Positions 49,601-62,699 of a DNA stretch of 64,000 nucleotides are shown one piece after another (the first letter of the stretch is position 1; every line of letters begins with the position of its first letter). A program made the translations under genes and the position numbers. The notes under the pieces are model-generated. The model made no database searches. It saw only the letters and a list, made by a program, of their open reading frames with translations, and was not told where the DNA came from. Origin of the DNA: Pristiophorus japonicus (taxonomy: Eukaryota); assembly GCF_044704955.1 (NCBI RefSeq), contig NC_091979.1:259036001-259100000 (forward strand), written 5' to 3'.

Positions 49601-50670
49601 ATAAGAACATAAGAAATAGGAGCATGAGTAGGCCATACAGCCCCTCGAGCCTGCTCCGCCATTTAATACGATCACGGCGAATCCGATCAAGGACTCGGGT
49701 TCACTTCCCTGCCCGTTTCCCCTAACTCCTTAATCCCTTATCGGTTAAGAAGCTGTCTATCTCTGTCTTAAATTTATTCACTGTCCCGGCTTCCACAGCT
49801 CTCTGAGGCAGCGAATTCCACAGATTTACAACCCTCAGAGAAGAAATTCCTCCTCATCTCAATTTTAAATGGGCGGCCCCTTATTCTAGGATTATGCCCC
49901 CTAGTTTTATTCTCCCCTATCATTCTCTCTGCATCCACCTTGTCAAGCCCCCTCATAATCTTATACGTTTCGATAAGATCATCACCCATTCTTCTGAATT
50001 CCAATGAGTAGAGGTCCAACCTCCTCAACCTTTCCTCATAAGTCAATCCCCTCATCTCCGGAATCAACCTAGTGAACCTTCTCTGAACTGCCTCCAAAGC
50101 AAGTATATCCTTTCGTAAATATGGAAATCAAAACTGTACGCAGTGTGGCCTCACCAATACCCTGTATAACTGTAGCAAGACATCCCTGCTTTTATACTCC
50201 ATCCCCTTTGCAATAAAGGCCAAGATTCCACTGGCCTTCCTGATCACTTGCTGTACCTGCATACTAACCTTTTGTGTTTCATGCACAAGTACCCCCAGGT
50301 CGCGCTGTACTGCAGCAGTTTGCAATCTTTCTCAATTTAAATAATAACTTGCTCTTTGATTTTTTTTTTCTGCCAAAGTGCATGACCTCAAACTTTCCAA
50401 CATTATACTCCATCTGCCAAATTTTTGCCCACTCACTTAGCCTGTCTATGTCCTTTTGCAGATTTTTTGTGTCCTCCTCATACATTGCTTTTTCTCCCAT
50501 CTTTGTATTGTCAGTAAACTTGGCTATATTACACTCAGTCCCTTCTTCCAAGTCGTTAAAAAGATTGTATATAGTTGGGGTCCCAGCACTGATCCCTGCA
50601 GCACCCCACTAGTTACTGATTGCCAACCCGAGAATGAACCATTTATCCCGACTCTCTGTTTTCTGTTAGA
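49601..50670 (-). mobile_element. 5'-truncated CR1 LINE (same subfamily as 6873-8289)
   Basis: ORFs 50279-50551, 50128-50325 and 49774-50097. aagaacataagaaatagg tail. Confidence 0.92.
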
Positions 50671-51624
50671 AGAGAGAGCGAGCTCACAATGTACTTTAGG
50701 TTACATAAAACAATATGCTTATTTGTACTGTTTTAATCTGAAATTAATTTCTTTTCAGCAGTCTTATGGAAGATGAGCTAGTTGGACCGAGGCCCTTCTC
50801 CTTTATACTTATCTTTGTAATTTTCATCCTGATTTTTATAGGCTGACTTCCTTCTAAGATAAAATATAATCAGTACCCTTTCATTTTGTGATACTCAAGT
50901 GTCTTTGGCAGTTTTTATTCTAATTACAGAATAATGATATGAATGAATTATGTCCTTATTGGTAATAACATTGATTTTAAAACATGATACAAACTATGCA
51001 TACTGCAACTTACCAACCTTAAAATATAGATAGGTAGCTTGTAAAAGTCAGGCACGTCTCCCACATAAGTTCCCAATCTTGGCTTGATTGTCAGGGTGAG
51101 ACATTAAGCAGAAAATAAACACTTCCCCTTGGAGAGATGGAAAATTGGAGTGTGAATTAATCCGGGCTCCTCACCTACGCATAATAGAAGTTGGCTATAT
51201 TGTAACATTAGTAAGGCCAAAAAGTCGATTGTCAATATTCTTGAGCAAATAATAGAACATAATGTGGAAAAATCTAAAATACAGAGTTAAAGATAAAGTC
51301 AAATGAGAGCAAAAAGCATAAATATGTCTTCCTGTTCATTGGAAAGGAATCAGAGTTTAAATAGGTTCATTTAATGTAAGGGAAGATGTAGAAATCCTGT
51401 GCACCAAGAAAGCAGGTCAGTCACTATTCATCTCCTTTCCCACTGATTAGCATGACATAAATGTCCAATATCAGTGCTATGGTACATTTCTCAAAATACA
51501 GATGCTCACCGATAACTTTCATATGCACAAACTGAAGCCCACTTTGCCTATCAATAAGTCACTAGGTTTGTGTTTCAATGCTTTGATGTGCGAAATCCAT
51601 GGCAAAAGTGATTGTGGCAAGACT

Positions 51625-52535
51625 TTAATTGTATGTTGAATCTTGATTGTGTACCCTTGCTGAGGTATGTGTATGTATGAAATGCAATGCCAGATTGCAA
51701 GGTTGTGTAAGGGTTTGGCATGGGTGAGAAGTAAATTTGGAACGCGTTGACTGACATCATTTGTGGCATAAAATCTTGATCCATCTACCTGATTTTGGGT
51801 TCTCATACCAGGTTCCTTAAAGTGTGCCATCTTCTCCCATGTCTCTTCCCATGGCCTGTAAGTACTGTAGACTGCACTGAGCCTGGCCATCATCTCCTGC
51901 CTGATATGTACACTCCATACAAGGAAACTCTCCTCATGCCAACTCATGCAACAGCACATTCACTTCACCAGAGAAGTTATGTTAAACCTTGGTTAGACTA
52001 CATTAGAATACTGCGCACAGTTCTGGTCTCCATATTACAAAACAGATATAGAAACACAGGAGAATGTGTAAAAAAGATTTACAAGGATGATCCTAGAACT
52101 GAGGGAGCACAATTATTGAGAAAGTCTGAACAGACTCGGCTCTTTTCTCTAGAAAAGAAAGGGCTGAGGTGTGACCTAATAGAGATCTTTAAAATTATGA
52201 AGGGGTTCAACAGGGTAGACATGGAGAAAATGTTTACACTTGTGGGGGAGTCCAAAATTAGGCGACATAAACATAAGATAATCACTAATAAATCCAATAA
52301 AGAATTCGGGAGAGTGGTTAGAATGTGGAACTTGTTTTCACATGGAGCAGTTAAGGCAAATAGCATAGATGCATTTAAGTGGAAGCTAGATAAGTACACG
52401 AGGGAGAAAGGAATAGAAGGATATGCAGATAGAGTTAGATGAAGTAGGGTGGGAGGAGGCTCATGTGGAGCATCAATACCGGCATAGACCAGTTGGACCA
52501 AAAGGCCTGTTTCTGTGCTGTAAATTCCATGTAAT
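51625..52535 (+). mobile_element. Composite repeat: unknown 5' part joined to a CR1 3' end (uninterrupted copy)
   Basis: Homologous to 27996-30005. CR1 part from about 51975 (LRCDLIEIFKIMKG...RVVRMWN). May extend further 5'. Confidence 0.78.
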
Positions 52536-53509
52536 TCTGTGTAATGTATGATGTACTTTGAATAGTATGAGGCAAATTTCCTGCTTCTAACTCTCTGCCT
52601 GGATGCCAGGTAGCACTTAATTGGCTGTAAAGTGCTTTGAGATGTCCTGAGATTGTGAAAAACACTATATAAATACTCGCTCTTTCGCTCGCTCTTTCTC
52701 CATTTTCACACCAATTCTGCAAGTTTGTTAATGGCTTGGAATTTACGGTCAGGGGCAAAGCAACGACGTTTGCCGCAGACCTCAAAGAAAGCTGCTCACA
52801 AAGATCTAGCGATCTCTGTGGCATGAATTTCAGCTCTTCTGATCTTAGTTTGAATCTGGCACAAAATCAAGCGAATCACTAGCATTCAGCAACAGTGATG
52901 TCATAAAGCAGGCTAAGCAGCCAATCACATTGAAGAATTCTCAGACAGTAAACCAGGAAGTAAAATGCACACATTAGAATTTACTTTTTATAAATTTTAC
53001 AGAGAATGAAATAAAGATTGGGACATATACATAGGATTGCGGTAGAAGCCGAAATATCATAAACACATTTAAAAAATAAAATTATATTAAAAGCCTTGTA
53101 ATTCTTATCATATTAATAGAAAAATTTGACATTTCACAAATATAAAATTAGTTTTTCGGGGCCAGAATGGTTGTTCAGCCATCATTACACTGTTAGAAAC
53201 CCAGTTACACCTCTTTCAACAAGACTTTTTCAGAATTTGTAAGAGCAAAATTCCAGAGTCATAGGGGAAGTTTTCACCAGGAATTGTGATTTGAATTGAT
53301 TGCCGGCTCTGGAGAATTCCACAGTGTAACCGCTATGGAGGAGCAGGAAATGACTGACAGCAACTTCTGGATTTCTGCCTTTATCTGCGCAAGTGCTGAT
53401 TGCAGAAGTTGCAGTCACTTTCAGAGGAGTAATGACGGGGAACGCTGACAGTTTTTCTGTCAGGCCATTGCCAACTTGTATTTTGCCATGGTCCTTTTCA
53501 GTATTAACT

Positions 53510-55260
53510 ATGCCCTGCAAATGTTGATATTGTACTACCAACTGTCTTGTCTAAATCATTTATATAAATTGTGAACAACAGTGGACCCAGCACAAATCTC
53601 TGTGGTACACCACTTCCCAACTTCAGCCAGTCTGAGGAACTACCTTTAACCCATACTCTGTTTTCTGTTTTATAGCCAGTTTGCTATTCATTCTGCTATT
53701 TGTCCCCTGACTCCACATGCTCTGACCTTAGTCATGAGTCTACTATTATCGACGGCCTGTTGAAAGTCCATGTATATTACATCCATTACATTACCCTTGT
53801 CTACTCTTTCTATAATTTCAAGAATTCAATAAAATTGGTCAAGCTTGACTTTCCCTTTTGAAACCTTTTTTATATTCTTTGATCATTTCATCTAACCTCT
53901 TCATATTCCCCTTTGTCATCCTCTCCTTTATTGTCTATCTACTTAGTGTATGCCTTTTTCTGAGTTTAAATTTTACCTTTATCTGTTGACATCCATGGTG
54001 TCTCATTATTGGCTAGTTTGTTATTGTTTTTCAGAGGAGAGAGATTTCTCCTGATTATTAATTATTTCCCACTACTGTTCTGTTTGTTTGTCAATATTTT
54101 TTTCCAGATTACTTTCCCTAGTTCCATCATCATCCCCTCATAATTAGCTTTTTTCCCAATCTATTACTTTGGTCTTTGTCTTACTTATCTCTCTCTCAAT
54201 CATTATTTTAAACCTTTTAATATTGTGATCACTATTGCCTGGGTGCTCCCCTATACTTACTTCTCTTATCTGTTTTGGTTCGCTTCCTATTAGTAGATCC
54301 AGCAGGGATTCCTCTCTTGCTGGGTTTCTTGCAGACTGGGTAAGAAATAGGTCCTGTCCACACGGTAAAAACTCAATTTCTTTTTTCCACTTTCACGACC
54401 TCTTGTCAGTTTATTTGAAGGTAGTTGAAATCTCGCAACATTATTATTCTATGGGACTGAAATTGCTTCCCTCCTTAAGGTCCATATAATGGGGCATAAG
54501 GCCTTTCTGACCAGGGGCAGGTGGATGGGCTGACCCATCAGAAATTGCCCCGGGCCTGGAGCGGTGGAAACAATTTCCATCCCGCCCGATGTGCCCATTC
54601 CATTGGGCATGCACCAACCCCTTACTGTTCTGCGATCACCCCTTTCTTAAGGGAAATTGCCCCGTGAGAGTGGAGCGGCTGCCGCTCGGTGCCCCCAACA
54701 GTTTTTCTTGGCGGGAAGCTGCCAGTGGTTGGATGGCACGTCTGCCCTTAAAGGGGAGGGCGCTTCGCCGCAGCCGCCATTTTATTTTCATTGTCTGCCG
54801 ACTCTGAAATCAGCCCGACAATGGAGGCCATGGATTGGGATGGAGAATAATCATTTAATTCGAATTGTGCACCCAATTTGGGGCGGAGGGCAATTTCGGC
54901 CCCAAATCATAAATTTGCCTATTTATTTCTTGCTCTGCTTCCCTTCCACTATTATGTGGTCTGTTGTACACCCCTATTAGTGTGATTGATCCCTTCTTAT
55001 CTTTTTATGTCAATCCATCTTAATGGTGTCCATTTTTTTTTTACCTCCATTAACTTCTCTAATTAGTACATGTACCCCATTCCCCTTCTTCCTTCCCTCC
55101 CCTTTCTAAAAACGTTATATCCTGCAAAAATTAATTGCCAATCCTGTTCTTTATGCAGCCATGATTGTATTATCCCTACTACATCTAGTTCCTCTCTACA
55201 AATTATTTCCTCCAGTTCCCCCATTTTGCTTTGGATGCTGTGTATGTTGCTGTACAGGCA
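53510..55260 (-). mobile_element. Old, internally deleted CR1 ORF2 (endonuclease to RT) with an inserted MITE
   Basis: Minus strand CLYSNIHSIQSKMGELEEII and GSGVPQRFVLGPLLFTIYINDLD. Confidence 0.65.
54453..54903. mobile_element. Harbinger-type MITE
   Basis: TIRs gggactgaaattgc and gcaatttcggcccc. Core cccttaaagggga...gccattttt...gcccgacaatgg is shared with 36327-36405. Confidence 0.72.
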
Positions 55261-57734
55261 ATATAATTAGTTTTTTTATTAATTGTTTGTCTCGACATTT
55301 TTACCAAGCCTTTCTGTGTATATAAATATTAAATATAATCTTTGCCTTAGAGTTCTTCTCTAAAATTGCATAATTAAAATAAAAGTGACTGTTTTTCCAG
55401 AGGTGACGTATATTAACACACTTTGACAACGAGAAGAACATTTTTAATCTGTGATATGCTTGACTTTGTAATAAATAGAAAATGGTATCGAGTATAATCT
55501 TGATATCTTGATATACAACATTATAGCTAATTCAGTTTCATAAATGTCTGGGGAGCTACTAAAATTGTGCAAATAAAAGCTTGCAAAATATATGTCAAAT
55601 ACTTAAAAAAAAAAAAATAATAATAATTGTGGCTCGTGTGCTATTCCAGAATTATCTGAATGTATTTTTCACTGTATTGTTTCATAAATCTGCTTGACCT
55701 AGTTGAACTTCCATAGAAATAGCTTGAACTGTACAAAAATACGACTTCATTATTATAACATTGCAAAGCATTCATTTATTGCAGTAGACAGGATATAAAC
55801 CTGTTGCAACTGTGGAGCAAAACCCCCAAATTAACAAAAACAGTGGGACACTGCATAAACTGATCAAATTTAAATTTCATAATATTTTTCAATAAATTAA
55901 TAACTCTTTAATAATTGATTTAGAAAACAATTTAGTTAGCAATGTGAAGAAATATGCTTCCCTTTAAGATGCTGATTTGGAATACAACTTATTAAATAAA
56001 GAAAGTTATAAGCATATTTTAATCATAGGAAGGTAATTTATTCCACTCATGGATTGTAGAAAATAGAAAATGATTTTACTAGTTGTGGTGTAAGACAGAC
56101 AATGTGTTTCCACTCTTTTTGCTTCGATCATGATTAATATACCGAGGACAATACCGTGTTAAAATTCTAATAGTTATATTTAGATACAGCTAGGGATAGT
56201 AGCGTTTCTTTTGAACCCTTCTGGTATCATTTTGACAGTGTATGCACAGCATAGCAGTGTTTTCACTATCATATGGAACCATTGCCTACTGAAATGCAGA
56301 GATCATATTAATAGTAGATGAAAATATGCCCAAAGCAAGTATAAATTTTGTTTAACAGTAAATACTGCTTCAGTCCACTGAACAACTACTTTCATTTATT
56401 TGATGATGCTTCAAAAATCCTCATACAGAATATCAGATGATATTTTTCTCTTCATATAAAAAGGATTATATTAGAGCACATAATGACTAGAAATAAGTGA
56501 AGCCATTGAAAGCAAATGTAATTCCAAATGAAATACATTCACCTTGTTTCAGTTTTTCTCTACAATTTATATGTTTTTTCCCATATTGTTTAATCAATTT
56601 CGATTTACGTGTTACATTTTTCTTCATTCTCTTAGTGTGCCATTTTATGAGTACTTTTGTCATCAGAAATAATTCTCTTTATGCACTATTTGTTTTACAT
56701 AAAACTGTACAATGTGAGAGGAGCCCAGCTGAAAACTGATCGGCTGAGATCATGTTAAAGATACCAACTTCAGGCTAAATGTACAATGTAACATTGATTT
56801 TCTAACTGGTAATCCCTTCCTTTGTGTTGTGAACATCAACTACATCGACGAAGGAAATTAAATAATAAACAGTCCCTGCCAAGTATTTCAATGAAGAATA
56901 AAAGAGGGCCAGATAAAGTGTTTGATATTGCTCATTATCTAGTATATTATTCATTTTATTCTCTCTAATGATTCTTTGTTAATTTCAATGCTCCTGTACA
57001 GTAACTTCATCAATTAAAATATAAAATAGATTGAAAAATCTTGCCAGATGCAAGCCTGGAAATCCCTGCTAGTGAAAGTGTTTATGGCAGTGAGAATAGT
57101 GCATATGAGGGGGGGAGGGGGGGGGGGCTCGTAAATGTACGAGTCTCTCCAATTACATTTTTCCCACCCATTCTCACTTTAAAGTTTGACCTGGATGCCT
57201 GCCAGGAGTGTGCATCCAATTTATGTTTCATTCTAAATAGGACCCGTTTATTTGTACTTCCAAAATGACTGCCTTGTCTCTGATTGGTTCTCCATTATCA
57301 CATGACTTATTGCTGATTGGTCCCCTTGCAGGATAAGCCACACCCTGAAGTTTCTCTGAAATGTGTACCTGGAACCGCCCAGCCCAAGTTCTGACTTTGC
57401 AAATTGTATTTCAATCCATTTTGACTTCAGAAGCCAGAGAGGTTAGATCTTTACCCTAGGGCAAGTGCATCCCTCCCCCAGCCAATGTACCCTATCCCAG
57501 CGCAAGTGCATGACCTGACCACCCCCCCCGCCCGCTATAGATGGGGCATTGTGTATGGGTCACAGATTGTTAATAGGTTTATTGGGTATGAACTAAATGG
57601 CGACAGTGTCATGATTTCTGGATTTCATCCACTCCAACGATGTCCCTTGTAACACACACACCGAGCTTTCCGAGAAATTGGGTGTGGGTGTAAAGGGAGT
57701 TGGAAGAATGTGATCCGTCTTCCTTGAGTTTCCT

Positions 57735-57906
57735 TTATCTCTTACCCCCACCCCCCCTTCTCTCTCTCCCTCCGTGTCTCTCTCTCGTTCTCTCTCCCCC
57801 ACCCACCCCCGTGTCTCTCTCTCTCTTCCCCTCCCCACCCAGTGTGTCTCTATCTCTCTCCCCCGTCCCCCATGTCTCTCTCTCTCTCTCCCCCCCCCCC
57901 ACCACT

Positions 57907-57941
<35 letters not shown>

Positions 57942-58435
57942 CCGTGTCTCTCGTTCTTCCACCCGCCTCTCTCTCTCCCCCCCCCCCACCCCCCTCTCTG
58001 TCTCTCTTCCCCCTCTCTCTTTCCCCCCCCTCTCGCTCTTTTTCCCCCAACTCCTCTTCCCTCCACCCCCTCTCTCGTTTCCCCCCCCCCACCCCGGGTC
58101 TCTTTCTTGCTCCATCTCTCTCTCTCTCTTCCCCTCATCTCTCTCTCTCTCTCTGCCCCATCTCGCTCTTTCCCCCTCTCTCACTTGCTCTTTCCTCCTC
58201 TCTCTCTTTCTTCTCCCCCCCTCTCTTCTCGCCCCCCCCACTCTCTTTCTCTCCCCCACCCCGCTCCCTGTCTCTCTCGCTCTCTCTCCCACCCCCCTTC
58301 TCTCTCTCTGCCCCATCTATCTCTTCCCCCGCCCCCCCATGTCTCTCTCTCTCACACCCCCGTCGCGTGTCTCTCTCTCGCTCTCTCTCTCTCTCTGCTG
58401 CCCCTCTCCGCCGCCCACTCCTTTTCTCCCCGCCG
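57735..58435. repeat. CT-rich low-complexity polypyrimidine tract, about 700 bp
   Basis: Almost only C/T, with (CT)n and C runs. The ORFs across it are compositional artefacts. Confidence 0.95.
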
Positions 58436-58609
58436 CCTGCAGGCTCTGAGGAACAATTTGGTCTGCTGTGGGGCTGCACTTCTGGTTCCGGTTCCGGGTT
58501 GGAGGCCTCTGGGCGGAGTCCAGAGGACGCGGGCGCAGAAGGACAGAAAAAGGACAGTACAAATAGTTACTCTGTTCTCAGTGCAACATAATCATGCCTT
58601 TAACACATT

Positions 58610-58958
58610 CTCGTCTCATTCAGTAACACTCTCACTTCGGATTCTGAATGTTGTGATTTTAAGCTCCATTTCAATGAGCACAGGAACTAAGATGACATTA
58701 ATTGCAGTACAGATGGAGTGCTGCACTGTTTGAGTTGCCATCTTTTGGATGTTAAACTGAGGCCCTGTTTACCTGTTCAGGTGTGTGTAAAAAAAGAATA
58801 CCATTGTGAGCAAGGAGTTCTCTCAGTGTTCTAACCAACATTTCTCTCTCAACCATAAACAGATTATCAGGTCATTCTTGCAATCTAACATAGTTCACTT
58901 GCATAATAATGACTGCATTTAAAAAGTATTCTGAGGATGTGAAAAGGTACTATAAATG
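58610..58958 (+). mobile_element. Degenerate Deu-domain SINE
   Basis: gagtgctgcactgt, ttaaactgaggccctgt, ctgaggatgtgaaaagg..tataaatg match the reverse complement of 59830-60855. Confidence 0.6.
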
Positions 58959-59259
58959 TCAGAATCTGCGGTTCCTCTTGTATTGAGTAGGATCACAATT
59001 GCAACAACATATCATCAGTTGGGTAAAACCAACCTGACACGATGGTATAAACCCAGCTCACATTCCCTATTAGTGGGTGAACAATCCAATTCTTGATCAC
59101 AATGCTTCACAATGATGGGAAGAGCTGACATCGAAGGATCAAAGGCAACGTCAATATGAACGCTTGGCCGCCACAAGCTAGTTATCCCGGGGTATCTTTT
59201 CTGACAACTCCTGCTTAAAACCCGAAAGGTCAGAATAATCATGTATGAGACCTCGCTTG
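58954..59259 (-). pseudogene. 28S rRNA-derived fragment (peptidyl-transferase region to sarcin-ricin loop), decayed
   Basis: Reverse complement matches eukaryotic 28S: TTTTAAGCAGGAG.TGTCAGAAAAG, GCTTGTGGCGGCCAAGCGTTCATA, TTTGATCCTTCGATGTC, GGATTGTTCACCCACTAATAGGGAA, AGAGGAACCGCAG. Many substitutions; no other rDNA nearby. Confidence 0.92.
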
Positions 59260-59309
59260 CAGCAACCATGCCATAGAGGCAATAAGGCCTATGCAGCCTG
59301 CGGGATCAT

Positions 59310-59420
59310 TAAGGAGCATTGGCACCTTGAAGCAGCACTTCAAATGTCTTAATAGATCAGAGGACAACTTAAGCTTCATCATTGCCCACAACTTTGTAAT
59401 ACAAAGAAGCCCAATCATGG
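59310..59420 (+). pseudogene. Harbinger (HARBI1-like) transposase C-terminal remnant
   Basis: IGTLKQHFKCLNRS...HNFVIQR resembles IG.LK.RFRCLDRS...LHN. Confidence 0.5.
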
Positions 59421-59829
59421 AAGACGCGGAGGAGGGGAACCTGGCATCCAGGTCAGGCACCGATGGAGTGAATATTGCTCCAGAAACACAGGAGAACTGG
59501 TGGACTAGGAGACATTCGGCTACATGTCTGAGCTGTCCCTTTAGGGAATTCTGAAGCCTGCTTGGCATGAAGAAAGTAACGACAAGTACTTTCTCCAACA
59601 CCATCATCGGAACTGCTTAAACTATCATCAATGCCCATTCTTTGCAGTGCTGCTATCATATTATAAACTATCAGAAACAAACTCTCAGGACTTATTTGAA
59701 ATACAGTAGAACCAATATATTAACTTACTTTGTGTCACGTGTGAGCTATGCTTGTATCTTTTCCCATGGTGCTAACCCATAGTGCTGGTGCATCTTGCAC
59801 AACTTTGTGCCTTCTAAGTAAAGAAGAAA

Positions 59830-60855
59830 AGAAAAACTTACATTTATATAGCACCATTCACGACCACCAGACATCTCAAAGTATTTTATAGCCAATTAAG
59901 TACTTTTGAAGTGTAGTCACTGCTGAAGTCATCATATCATCATCATCATAGGCAGTCCCTCGAAATCGAGGAAGACTTGCTTCCATTCTAAAAATGAGTT
60001 CTCAGGTGACTGAACAGTCTAATACGGGAATTACAGTCTCTGTCACAGGTGGGACAGACAGTCATTGAGGGAAACGGTGGGTGGGACTGGGTTGCCGCAT
60101 GCTCCTTCCGCTGCCTGAGCTTGCTTTCTGCATGCTCTCGGCGACGAGACTCAGTGCTCAGCGCCCTCCCAGATGCTCTTCCTCCACTTAGGGCAGTCTT
60201 TGGCCAGGGACTCCCAGGTGTCGGTGGGGATGTTGCATTTTATCAAGGAGGCTTTGAGGGTGTCCTTGAAAGGTTTCCTTTGCCCACCTGGGGCTCGCTT
60301 GCCATGAAGGAGGTCCAAGTAGAGCACTTGCTTTGGGAGTCTGTTCGCATGCCCGACCCAAATGTGGCCCGCCCAGCGGAGCTGGTTGAGTGTGGTCAAT
60401 GCTTCGATGCTGGGGATGTTGGCCTGGTCGAGAACACTAATGTTGGTGTGTCTATCCTCCCAGGGGATTTGCAAGATCTTGCTGAGACATCTGTAGTGTA
60501 GCAAATGCGGCAGCCAATTTGTGCACAGCAAGATCCCACAAACATCAATGTGATAATGACCAAATAATCTGTTTTTGTTATATTGATTGAGGAATAAGTA
60601 TTGGTCAGGACACCGGGGATAATTCCCCTGTTCTTTTTTGAAATAGTGCCATGCGATCTTTTACATCTACCTGTGCGAGCAGACAGGGCCTCGGTTTAAC
60701 GTCTCATCCAAAAGATAGTACCTCCGACAGTGCAGTACTTTTTCAGCACTGCACTAGAATGTCAGCCAAGATTTTTGCGCTCAAATCTCTGGAGTGGGAC
60801 TTGAACCCACAACCTTCTGACTTAGAGGTGAAAGTGCCATTACGTGAGCCACGGT
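59830..60855 (-). mobile_element. tRNA-derived Deu-domain SINE (SacSINE1-like) with an L2-type tail, interrupted by an RTE
   Basis: Minus-strand head with B box ggttcaagtcc. Core atggcactatttc...ggggaattatccccggtgtcctg resembles the Deu domain. Tail gctatataaatgtaag. Confidence 0.7.
59929..60497 (-). mobile_element. 5'-truncated RTE LINE
   Basis: ORF 60151-60531 RCLSKILQIPWEDRHTNISVL...QLRWAGHI...RLPKQVLY...GGQRKPFKDTLK. (ATG)n tail. Confidence 0.9.
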
Positions 60856-60860
60856 TCACA

Positions 60861-61122
60861 CTGTTGATTGAGGGATAAACATTGGCCAGGACACCGGGGA
60901 TAACTCCCCTGCTCATCTTCGAAATAGTGTCATGGGATCTTTTTTTCGTCCACTTGAGAGTAGACGGAGCCTTGGTTTAATGTCTCATCCGAAAGACGGC
61001 ACCTCCGACAGCACTGCACTGGAGTGTCAGCCAAGATTTTTGTGCTCAAGTCCCTGGAGTGGGACTTCAACCCACAACCGTCTGACTCCGAGGCAAAAGT
61101 GTTACGAACTCAGCCACAGCTG
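60861..61122 (-). mobile_element. Second, partial Deu-domain SINE in tandem
   Basis: Direct repeat of about 60582-60855. Confidence 0.75.
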
Positions 61123-61590
61123 AAGTGATTCTAACTTCTAACTGGGGCAAAGGGGCTGAGAATTGGGAGAGTAAGCCTTGCACCAATTTCCTTCTGGCAT
61201 ACAATTCAGTGCTCTTCCACATTTAGGGAGCACTTGTTTCTTGTGCAAGCTTCATTGAAAGCACAGATTATTACAGTTTAATTTTAATGATATTTTAGTG
61301 ATTTTTTAAAAAAACTGGGTTCCCATTTGGAATGGGAGAAGGGAAACTCTATGGGTGCAGGAGCTCCTAAATAGCCTTTGGAAGGTTTTGGTATCCTTAA
61401 GGTAAATTTATTTTTGAAGGGTCTCAAATGCAGTATTTTATGATTGAGATGTTATGAGGTGAGAAACAGGATGGCAGGGAGATCAGCAGGCCCCAGGACA
61501 TTCTGTAAATCTTGGAAAATGTACTTCCCAATCACCCAGCACAAATGGAACAGGTTATAAAACTACAATTTGCCAATGTCTGTTGACATA

Positions 61591-61670
61591 AAAACATAGA
61601 AACATAGAAAATAGGTGCAGGAGTAGGCCATTCGGCCCTTCGAGCCTGCACCGCCATTTAATGAGTTCAT
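61591..61670 (-). mobile_element. CR1 3' tail fragment
   Basis: aaacatagaaacatagaaaataggtgcaggagtaggccattcgg. Confidence 0.75.
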
Positions 61671-62699
61671 GACACTCAATGAGCAGGGCTTACAGCCAAA
61701 CAGTGTACTTTACAGCAAACAAAGCAAACTGCAAAGCAATTGATTATTTCTCGAGCAAAATTCATTGAGTAGTGGATAGTTACATAATACAAATTATGTG
61801 CATAAAATCAATTCCGGTAACTTACCCAGAAAGCAGTGCGGTCTCCAGGCATGATTGATGGGTACTTGGTATTATTACTCAGACTCCTTAAAGTGTATGT
61901 TCTGTTTCCAGCTCTTAGTTACTGTAGATAATATTCAGTCCTGAGGACACCACCTCCTGCCAGGCATGGTGCACTGCTGTCCTCAGGAGATGGGCCATGA
62001 AGTGCCAATCAGGACAAGCTTCCTTACACCCACATCATGCCACCAGAATGTTCAGTTTGTCATTCATCAAACAGGGGATGAAAGGCATTGTTGTTCTGTA
62101 TTTTGGCACACATTCCACATTATGTTGTCTATTCAACCTGGCCCATCAGCTCTTCCCTTGCCCATACTCTCGTAACAAAGGCTGAAAACTGCTGTGATCA
62201 CTTTTGAACCTCAAAAAAGGTAATAGCATTTGTATCTCTGCAGTCAATTACCTTCTAATAGCTGCCTGAATCCCTTTAATTTTGAGCAGCAGCCCTTTGG
62301 CATTGCATGTTCTGCATTCAGCAACCCCTCCCGCCCCTTCCTCCCATTCTCCTCCCTGTGCAAGGATCAAGCAGTACAGGAAATGTATGTAAATGATTAA
62401 AATTAGTTGACCTTGCTGATGAGGTCAGTTCCCCAGTCTTATTTGCGTGTGTGTGCATTCTCTGCAGGATCACTGAATTGACCCTATAGGGAGACAAGTG
62501 ACCATCCTGTGTGTCAGCATAGGAACATACATTGTGTAGCTCGGCTGTTTTGCAAGCATATACTGGTAAAGCTCCTTTGAGATTTTGGTGTAACAACAGT
62601 TTGACCATGCAGGTTCAGCATTGAAAGAGCAGCAATAAAAGAATGATGATGTTATGAGAAACAGTTTTTGCTATGCATACTTAGAATAGCTAATTGGTA

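Noticed and set aside
52730-53475. Possible non-autonomous DNA element
   Set aside because: Looks repeat-like, but I could not define TIRs, a TSD or a second copy.
57593-58733. Long ORFs (181-319 aa) rich in Leu/Ser/Pro or Arg/Glu/Gly
   Set aside because: Artefacts of the CT tract, which lacks stop codons in every frame.
58954-59259. Functional rRNA gene
   Set aside because: Short, mutated at invariant positions, and no other rDNA unit parts nearby.
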